Below are positions 26,874 through 32,817 of a stretch of DNA of 32,817 nt, one piece after another (position 1 is the first letter of the stretch; each line of letters begins with the position of its first letter). The position numbers and the translations under genes are program-made. Location: assembly GCA_012838395.1 (NCBI GenBank), contig DUPI01000008.1:1-32817 (forward strand). The letters are read 5' to 3'. The notes under the pieces were generated by a model. That model searched no databases and was not told the DNA's origin. It worked only from the letters and a program-made list of their open reading frames with translations. This stretch comes from Mollicutes bacterium. GTDB lineage: Bacteria > Bacillota_I > Bacilli_A > RF39 > UBA660.

Positions 26874-28157
26874 GTGATATTTTTTATAAATAGTTTTATT
26901 TTGTCAATTGCTTGTTTTTATGTTAGTGGTAGGTTTTTGAAATTATCAATTAATTATAAGAGAGCTAAGTATTGGCTAATTATTATTCTGAATTCAGTTC
27001 TTATAATTGCTTCGTTTATTTGTACTACTCATTTTCTTAAGGTGGTTTTTAATTATGTGGTTTTAGTTATACTTAACAAGATATATTTTGAGCAAAAACT
27101 AATTGATACAATTATGGCCAGCTTTTTTGTTTTTGTACTAATAGCTATCGGGGAAATATTGAGTGCAATAGTTTTAGTTACTTTATTAGGTTTTGATCCA
27201 TTAAAAATGTATGTTGGTCAATTTTGGATAAATCTTTTTGTATCGGTTTTTATGGTAAGTATAATTAATTATAAAAAAACAATTTCATTTTTTTTTATAA
27301 TTTCTGAACGAGGAAAACATAAAATTATAAAAGAAATATTACCGCTAGTGATAATTATTGTTTTTATTTATCCAGCTTACTTTTATTATTTATATTTTGA
27401 AAGTAATCTCTTAAACACAATGGTTTTAAGTATTACGTTGATAGTAATTATTAATGTTTTAGTTATTAGTATATTAAGAGAGAGAAGTTACAGTGCTAAT
27501 TTAAAAACTGAGTATGATGAACTAATTAACAACTTAAATGAATATGAAAAAGTTCTAGAAAAATATAGATTGGCTAATCATGAAAATAAAAATAATTTTA
27601 TTGTTTTAAAAGGCTTATTAAAAGATGATAAAGACAATGTTGTAGAATATATCGATGAAATTATCAATAATAAACAAGTAGATGATGAAGAAGTTCTAAT
27701 TAAAACTAAAAAATTACCTATGGGTGGATTACAAGGGTTAGTATATCAAAAATTACTGGTTATGAAGGAAAAATTAATTGTCTATAATATTGAAATTAGT
27801 CGTGATGTTGACGTAACTTTGTTTAGTGGCTTTGATTTCACATTAATCAAAAATTTCTGTACAATTATTGGGATATTGATTGATAATTCAATTGAAGCTG
27901 TGGAAAACCTTGATAATAAAATGATTGGTATATACATATATAAAGAAAATGATACATTTGTTTTTTCAATTGCTAATACTTTTTTTGGAATAATTGATTT
28001 AGATAAAATAGATAAAATTGGTTATTCTAGCAAAGGTAAAGGTCGTGGATATGGCCTTAATTTAGCAAAAAAAATTGTTGAAAAAGATAAACGAATTGTC
28101 ATTGAACGGGAAATAGTTAGAGATGTATTTAAACAAAAAGTGAAAATAAAAATGTAG
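26874..28157 (+). CDS. agrC: AgrC-like (HPK10 family) membrane histidine kinase
   Basis: About 190 aa of multiple TM helices. H-box-like LANHENKNNFIVLKGLL, N-box ILIDNSIEAV, and G-box SSKGKGRGYGLNL. GTG start 2 nt after the agrA stop, with GAGGT upstream. Confidence 0.8.
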   Translation: MIFFINSFILSIACFYVSGRFLKLSINYKRAKYWLIIILNSVLIIASFICTTHFLKVVFNYVVLVILNKIYFEQKLIDTIMASFFVFVLIAIGEILSAIVLVTLLGFDPLKMYVGQFWINLFVSVFMVSIINYKKTISFFFIISERGKHKIIKEILPLVIIIVFIYPAYFYYLYFESNLLNTMVLSITLIVIINVLVISILRERSYSANLKTEYDELINNLNEYEKVLEKYRLANHENKNNFIVLKGLLKDDKDNVVEYIDEIINNKQVDDEEVLIKTKKLPMGGLQGLVYQKLLVMKEKLIVYNIEISRDVDVTLFSGFDFTLIKNFCTIIGILIDNSIEAVENLDNKMIGIYIYKENDTFVFSIANTFFGIIDLDKIDKIGYSSKGKGRGYGLNLAKKIVEKDKRIVIEREIVRDVFKQKVKIKM

Positions 28158-28176
28158 ATAATCTACATTTTTATTT
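28148..28176. terminator. Bidirectional hairpin between convergent agrC and agrD
   Basis: Palindrome AAAAATGTAG-ATAAT-CTACATTTTT (28148-28172) flanked by A- and T-runs. Contains the agrC TAG stop and abuts the agrD TAA. The stem is AT-rich, with only two G-C pairs. Confidence 0.5.
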
Positions 28177-28293
28177 AATTAAACATTCGGGTGTTTCTGG
28201 TTCATCTAACCAAAAGAACATACAAGCTGTACTGAATCCATTTGCTGCAACAAATCCAATAACGCTTAAAGCAACGGCAACTATTTTGCGCAT
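28171..28293 (-). CDS. agrD: AgrD-like autoinducing peptide precursor (40 aa), absent from the ORF track
   Basis: The reverse complement reads GGAGG-tattag-ATG and translates to MRKIVAVALSVIGFVAANGFSTACMFFWLDEPETPECLIK*. It has a hydrophobic/amphipathic leader and Cys24 followed by four hydrophobic residues (CMFFW). An acidic Pro-containing tail (LDEPETPE) follows, as in known AgrD peptides. The ATG overlaps the agrB stop by 13 nt. Confidence 0.8.
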   Translation of the reverse strand: MRKIVAVALSVIGFVAANGFSTACMFFWLDEPETPECLIK

Positions 28294-28898
28294 CTAATAC
28301 CTCCTTCCCAATATAAGAAATTATTATAAGTTTGCTTAAATAAAGAATAGCAAAACGGAGAAATTAAAAAGGATTGAAAAATCATAGATAAAAGTATAGT
28401 GTTATTTAAAAAATTGTGCTTAGATAAAAATAAAATAAAAGTATATATAATAATAATTAAAGTAGAAAATAATTTATATTTCAAACGTTTTTTTTGGTTA
28501 ATGATTGGTCTTTTTTTAGTATCTGCTGGTGAATATTTTATAAAAGTTATAATTGATATAGCAGAAACTATTATTTTTATAAATAAAGGGGTATTAATAA
28601 ATTGACATACGTAAGTAGCACCAATAAAAATTATTGTAGATGCTATTAAGCAATTAGAACTATTATTGGCATGTAAACCAAAGGAGAAAGCTCTTAAAAG
28701 ATTATAAATTAGAACAAGGATTAATAATTTTTGAAAAATGTTTAAAAATATAGCAATGCTGAATATAACAATTGTTTTAGTGATAGTTATATAGATGCCC
28801 TCAAGTCCGTACCGTATTTTTATTAATTCTGTTTGGGTATAATTTGGAAAAACGCTTTCTATTAAATTTATTGATTTATTTAAAATATAATTTTTCAT
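28281..28898 (-). CDS. agrB: AgrB-like membrane endopeptidase (AIP-processing enzyme)
   Basis: Polytopic membrane protein. The motif RAFSFGLHANNSSNC places His and Cys 7 residues apart, as in S. aureus AgrB HGAHAPSSFWC. YSPADTKKRPI matches the conserved AgrB PADT..(K/N)P segment. The ATG at 28898 (MKNYILNK...) is preferred over the GTG at 28907; the RBS is weak. Confidence 0.8.
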   Translation of the reverse strand: MKNYILNKSINLIESVFPNYTQTELIKIRYGLEGIYITITKTIVIFSIAIFLNIFQKLLILVLIYNLLRAFSFGLHANNSSNCLIASTIIFIGATYVCQFINTPLFIKIIVSAISIITFIKYSPADTKKRPIINQKKRLKYKLFSTLIIIIYTFILFLSKHNFLNNTILLSMIFQSFLISPFCYSLFKQTYNNFLYWEGGIRCAK

Positions 28899-28950
28899 AA
28901 ATACCACAACCTATTGTAATTATATAATAAAAAGGGAGTTAATTATGTTA

Positions 28951-28980
28951 ATTGTTCCGAAAGTATTTTTTATTGTTCGA
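28951..28980. promoter_or_regulatory. Direct repeats with 21-bp phasing upstream of agrB (candidate LytTR/AgrA-like binding site)
   Basis: TTAATTGTTCCGAAA (28948-28962) and TTTATTGTTC-GAAA (28969-28982). The ATTGTTC cores start at 28951 and 28972, i.e. nonamer + 12-nt spacer geometry. They lie about 40-70 nt upstream of a - strand TATAAT (28924..28919) that has no recognisable -35. Confidence 0.4.
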
Positions 28981-29228
28981 AATAGAAAAAAATGTTTTTT
29001 TTTTAATAAAAAGTTATATTTTATACACTGTAAGACAGCTTTTAGCCAAAAAAAGTGTGTTTTTTTTAAAATCTAGTAAAATAATAATTGCAATATTTTC
29101 TGGAAAAAAGTTTAGAAAAGAGGTATAAATTAAATAAATTGTCGGATTTTGACTATCTGATTTCATTGATTATCAGATTAATAACAGGTATATTTAAAGT
29201 GTAAAGAAAGTAGAAGGGAGAGGTGTTT

Positions 29229-29441
29229 GTGAGAGGTAAGGTTAAGTGGTTTAATAATGATAAAGGTTTTGGTTTTATCGAGTATAAAGATGGAGAAGAT
29301 ATCTTTGTTCATTATTCAGCTATTTTATCAGCAGGCTACAAAACTTTAATAGAAGGACAGTATGTTGAGTTTGAATTAGTCCGAACTGATAAAGGATTAC
29401 AGGCTAAAAATGTTATTGAAATAAAAACTGCTCTTGTTTAG
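29229..29441 (+). CDS. csp: Cold-shock protein (CspA family)
   Basis: [15 protein letters not shown] (RNP1) and DIFVHYSAI (RNP2). The GTG at 29229 lies 5 nt after GGGAGAGG and gives MRGKVKWF. The track's GTG at 29223 overlaps the RBS. Confidence 0.9.
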   Translation: MRGKVKWFNNDKGFGFIEYKDGEDIFVHYSAILSAGYKTLIEGQYVEFELVRTDKGLQAKNVIEIKTALV

Positions 29442-29456
29442 TAGTTTTTTGTTTTT
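29424..29456 (+). terminator. Probable terminator after csp
   Basis: AAAACTGCT (29424-29432) / AGTAGTTTT (29440-29448) with one G-U pair, followed by TTGTTTTT. Overlaps the TAG stop. Confidence 0.45.
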
Positions 29457-29557
29457 ATAAAAAGGTTATTATTTTATTAGTGATTGAACTTTTGTTAAAA
29501 TTTATTCTTTATATCCCAATTTAGTTATGTTATAATTATTATAGGAGGATTGATATA

Positions 29558-30091
29558 ATGAAATTTAATATACGAGGAAATAAAATTAAAATAACACCCG
29601 CTATAAATGATTATATTATTTCGAAAATTGGTAAGTTGGATAAATACTTAGAAAATCCTGATAATATAACGGCTACTGTTCTTGTAAAAGTGCGCGGTAT
29701 TGACCAAATTGTGGAAGTGACAATTAATTTAAATAAAGTTATCCTAAGAGCTGAAGAAGAAAATAAAGATTTGTATGCTGCTATTGATTTGGTTAGTGAA
29801 AAGTTAGAAAGACAAATTAGAAAAAACAAGACAAGAATGAATAAAAAATCTAACCGAGATGTAGCAAAAGATTTTATTACAGATTTTACTATAAATAAAA
29901 CAGAGAAAGAAGAAAATAAAATTGTTAGACGTAAAGAAATAGAAATGAAACCAATGAGTGAAGAAGAAGCTATTTTACAATTAAATTTAATTGATCATGA
30001 CTTTTTTGTGTATAAAGACGCTCACACTAATAAAATTTGTATAGTATATAAACGTAAAGATAATAATTATGGAATTATAACAACACATTAA
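29558..30091 (+). CDS. hpf: Ribosome hibernation-promoting factor, long form (YvyD-like)
   Basis: MKFNIRGNKIKITPAINDYI..KLDKY N-domain plus a C-terminal dimerisation domain (MKPMSEEEAILQLNLIDHDFFVYKD...IVYKRKDNNYGII). AGGAGG RBS. An extended -10 TGtTATAAT lies at 29528-29536. hpf-secA order matches Bacillus. Confidence 0.9.
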   Translation: MKFNIRGNKIKITPAINDYIISKIGKLDKYLENPDNITATVLVKVRGIDQIVEVTINLNKVILRAEEENKDLYAAIDLVSEKLERQIRKNKTRMNKKSNRDVAKDFITDFTINKTEKEENKIVRRKEIEMKPMSEEEAILQLNLIDHDFFVYKDAHTNKICIVYKRKDNNYGIITTH

Positions 30092-30110
30092 GGCTATCAA
30101 GCCTTTTTTA
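30090..30110 (+). terminator. Rho-independent terminator after hpf
   Basis: AAGGCT (30090-30095) - ATCA - AGCCTT (30100-30105), followed by TTTT. Confidence 0.6.
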
Positions 30111-30193
30111 TTTAAATATCTATAAAATTAAGTTTTACTGTTAATTTTTATCTTTTTTTGATAAAATAGATATAAGAAAGAAAGGAAGATAAA

Positions 30194-32686
30194 ATGAAGT
30201 TTTTAAAACGGATATTTGATCATGAATATAAAGAAGTTGAAAAATTTAAAAAAATAGCTGATGAAATAGATAAACTCGATCAATCGATGAGTAAACTTAC
30301 AGATGAAGAACTAAAAAATAAAACTAACTTGTTTAAAAAACGAATTGAAAATGGTGAAACGTTAGAAGATATATTAATTGAAGCGTTTGCTGTTGTTCGT
30401 GAAGCGGCATTTCGAGTAATTGGTGAAAAACCTTACTATGTACAATTGGTAGGTGGATTGGCCATACATTACGGTAATATAGCTGAAATGAAAACTGGTG
30501 AAGGGAAAACCCTAACATCGACAATGCCGGCTTATGTAAATGCCTTAACCGGTGAAGGTGTTCATATTATTACTGTTAATGAGTATTTAGCAGAACGTGA
30601 TGCTAATTGGATGGGTAATATTTATCGCTTCTTAGGGTTAACGGTTGCTGTTAATCATCGAGAATTAACGCCGAATGAAAAAAAGGAAGCTTATTCTTCG
30701 GATATTCTTTATTCGACTAATAATGAAATTGGTTTTGACTATTTACGTGATAATATGGTCGTTAAAGCTGAAAATAGAGTTCAACGACCATTAAATTTTG
30801 TAATTATTGATGAAGTGGATTCAGTTTTAATAGATGAAGCTAGAACACCGTTAATTATTTCTGGCGGGTTATTACAATCTGCCAATTTATATGTGCAGGC
30901 CGATCGATTCGTAAAAACACTTAAAGAAAATAAAGGTTACATTTATGATGAAAAGACTAAGTCAGTAGCACTTGATCCTAGTGGAATTGAGGCTGCGGAA
31001 AAGGAGTTTAAACTTAACAATTTATTTGATTTAAATAATACGACATTATTTCACTATATCAACCAAGCGTTGCGTGCTAACTATACAATGAAAGTTGATT
31101 TTGATTATGTTGTTGAAAACGGACAAATTATTATTGTTGATCAATTTACTGGTCGTTTAATGCATGGACGTAATTACTCTGATGGTTTGCATCAAGCAAT
31201 TGAAGCCAAAGAAGGCGTTGAAATTAGCGAAGAAACAAAAACTTTAGCAACAATAACATTCCAAAATTTATTTAGAATGTATAAAAAAATATCTGGAATG
31301 ACTGGTACTGCTAAAACGGAAGAAGAAGAGTTTCGTGAAATTTATAATATGTATGTTATAAGCATCCCGACAAATGTTCCGGTAATTCGTGAAGATTTTG
31401 GCGATTTGATTTTCTCTACAGCAGAAGGAAAATTTAAGGCTATTGTATCTGAGATTAAAGAAAAGTATAAAAAAGGACAACCGGTTCTTGTGGGAACGAT
31501 AGCTGTTGAAACTAGTGAGTATGTAAGTTCATTATTAAAAAAAGAAAGAATTCCCCATGAAATACTAAATGCGAAGAATCATGCTAGAGAAGCTGAAATT
31601 ATTGCTAACGCCGGTCAAAAAGGTGCAATTACAATTGCTACTAACATGGCTGGAAGAGGTACAGACATCAAGTTAAGTGATGAAGTTAAAGCCTTGGGCG
31701 GTCTTTGTGTCATCGGCACAGAAAGACACGAATCAAGAAGAATTGATAACCAATTAAGAGGACGTTCGGGTCGTCAAGGGGATCCGGGTATGTCACAATT
31801 TTGTGTTTCATTTGAAGATGACTTGATGGTTCGTTTCGGTACAGAAAGAGCAAAATCGATGCTTCAAAAGGTTGGCTTTGATGGTGAACAATCACTTCGA
31901 AGTCCTATGTTTGCTAAAATGATCGAATCTGCACAACGCCGTGTAGAAGGAAATAACTTTGATGTTCGTAAGCAATTATTACAATATGATGACGTAATCA
32001 ATAATCAGCGAACAATAATTTATGAGAAAAGAAATGAAATATTAGATGCAGAGTCGATATATGATACAATTTTAAATAATTTTTTAGATTATGTTGAAGA
32101 ATTAGTTATGAGTCATTTGATTGAAACTGATGAATTGAGTGATTTGGATTTATCTGAAATATTAGAAACAGTTAATACTAAATTGTTAAAAGCATCAATC
32201 ACAATTGATGAAATAAAAGGAAAAAGTGAAGATGATATTATTGATTATATTTCACATAAAATAATTAATGAATATGAAACTAAGATAAAAAGCGTACCCG
32301 AAGAAATTCGAAATGAATTTGAAAAGGCAATAGCTCTAAGAGTTATCGATACTCATTGGATGGAACATATTAATACTATGTCTCATTTAAAAGAAGGTAT
32401 TTATTTGAGGCAGTATGCTCAAGAAGACCCGCTTCGTGCATATACAAAAGAAGGGTATGACTTGTTTGATAACTTATTGAATACTATTGATAGGGAAGTT
32501 ACATTATATTTATTAAATTCAGAAATTCGACAAAATATTGAGAGAAAAAAGGTTGTAGAAAACGAAATTGCTAATGATGGTGGTAAGCCAACTAAAAAAA
32601 ATCCTAAAAAGGTTCAAAAAATAGGTAGAAATGAACCGTGCCATTGTGGCTCAGGTCGCAAGTATAAGCAGTGTTGTGGGAAGTAA
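30194..32686 (+). CDS. secA: Preprotein translocase ATPase SecA
   Basis: 830 aa. Walker A MKTGEGKT, DEAD-like IIDEVDSVLIDEARTPLIISG, TNMAGRGTDI, and the C-terminal zinc-binding tail CHCGSGRKYKQCCG. Confidence 0.97.
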   Translation: MKFLKRIFDHEYKEVEKFKKIADEIDKLDQSMSKLTDEELKNKTNLFKKRIENGETLEDILIEAFAVVREAAFRVIGEKPYYVQLVGGLAIHYGNIAEMKTGEGKTLTSTMPAYVNALTGEGVHIITVNEYLAERDANWMGNIYRFLGLTVAVNHRELTPNEKKEAYSSDILYSTNNEIGFDYLRDNMVVKAENRVQRPLNFVIIDEVDSVLIDEARTPLIISGGLLQSANLYVQADRFVKTLKENKGYIYDEKTKSVALDPSGIEAAEKEFKLNNLFDLNNTTLFHYINQALRANYTMKVDFDYVVENGQIIIVDQFTGRLMHGRNYSDGLHQAIEAKEGVEISEETKTLATITFQNLFRMYKKISGMTGTAKTEEEEFREIYNMYVISIPTNVPVIREDFGDLIFSTAEGKFKAIVSEIKEKYKKGQPVLVGTIAVETSEYVSSLLKKERIPHEILNAKNHAREAEIIANAGQKGAITIATNMAGRGTDIKLSDEVKALGGLCVIGTERHESRRIDNQLRGRSGRQGDPGMSQFCVSFEDDLMVRFGTERAKSMLQKVGFDGEQSLRSPMFAKMIESAQRRVEGNNFDVRKQLLQYDDVINNQRTIIYEKRNEILDAESIYDTILNNFLDYVEELVMSHLIETDELSDLDLSEILETVNTKLLKASITIDEIKGKSEDDIIDYISHKIINEYETKIKSVPEEIRNEFEKAIALRVIDTHWMEHINTMSHLKEGIYLRQYAQEDPLRAYTKEGYDLFDNLLNTIDREVTLYLLNSEIRQNIERKKVVENEIANDGGKPTKKNPKKVQKIGRNEPCHCGSGRKYKQCCGK

Positions 32687-32809
32687 GGAAATATAAGGGT
32701 TTGCGAGGATTTAATAATTTAAAAGAGGGATAAAAAGGGAATTAGATACCTTTTAGATACCCTGAAATGTTATAACTCAGTTATAATTTGAGTAGTAAGG
32801 AGATATAAA

Positions 32810-32817
32810 ATGTATAA
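32810..32817 (+). CDS. 5' end of a CDS truncated by the window edge (prfB would be expected here by Bacillus synteny)
   Basis: AAGGAG lies 8 nt upstream of the ATG at 32810. Only 2.7 codons are visible, so the product call rests on synteny alone. Confidence 0.3.

Noticed and set aside
28945-29076. A 43-codon + strand ORF divergent from agrB with a good RBS (AAAGGGAG-N6-ATG): MLIVPKVFFIVRNRKKCFFFNKKLYFIHCKTAFSQKKCVFFKI. I considered it as an hld/PSM-like agr effector peptide.
   Set aside because: The frame is carried largely by A7, T10, A7 and T8 homopolymer runs (Lys/Phe codons) typical of intergenic promoter DNA. It overlaps the putative LytTR repeats and has no amphipathic-helix pattern. 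It is worth a glance in ribosome-profiling data but cannot be supported as a gene from sequence alone.
25609-29222. Treating the agr block as a tRNA-targeted integrative island.
   Set aside because: There is no integrase, recombinase or mobility gene, and I found no direct repeat of the tRNA-Ala 3' end. Only a 6-7 nt TTCTCC match occurs near 25934. Acquisition remains a compositional and positional hypothesis only.

Overview
This is a very AT-rich chromosomal segment (about 27-30% GC by eye). It uses the standard genetic code, with TGA as a stop and TGG for Trp. It comes from a low-GC Firmicute (Bacillota) whose gene order closely follows the Bacillus subtilis origin-proximal backbone. The order is SRP RNA, tadA, dnaX, ybaB, recR, bofA-like, holB, yaaT/ricT, yabB-type methyltransferase, rsmI, pth, mfd, spoVT, (T-box) dut-metG, tatD, yabE-like, rsmA/ksgA, ung, tilS, ftsH. 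Next come a yutG / yutH-like / NifU-like / S1-domain cluster, a 13-gene tRNA array with no rRNA, an agr-type quorum-sensing module, and finally csp, hpf, secA and the first codons of another CDS. Most of the window is ordinary housekeeping DNA. The only clearly accessory block is the agr-like locus at about 26.1-29.0 kb, directly downstream of the tRNA array. It consists of a LytTR response regulator and an AgrC-like kinase on the + strand, converging on an AgrB-like protease on the - strand. The supplied ORF track misses a 40-codon AgrD-like autoinducing-peptide precursor (28171..28293, -). This ORF has its own GGAGG ribosome-binding site, overlaps the agrB stop codon, and predicts a CMFFW thiolactone core. 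Other points worth a second look: a decayed and 3'-truncated CBS-type family II pyrophosphatase pseudogene; a CotS/YutH-like gene interrupted by one in-frame TAG; a T-box leader (probable AUG specifier) that controls dut as well as metG; a minimal ~76-nt SRP RNA; an orphan promoter-to-terminator unit of ~170 nt upstream of the agr locus; and an 18-nt x7 in-frame tandem repeat. I saw no CRISPR array, transposase, integrase, prophage or recognisable defence system. All homology calls are from motif recognition by eye and memory, not from database searches.
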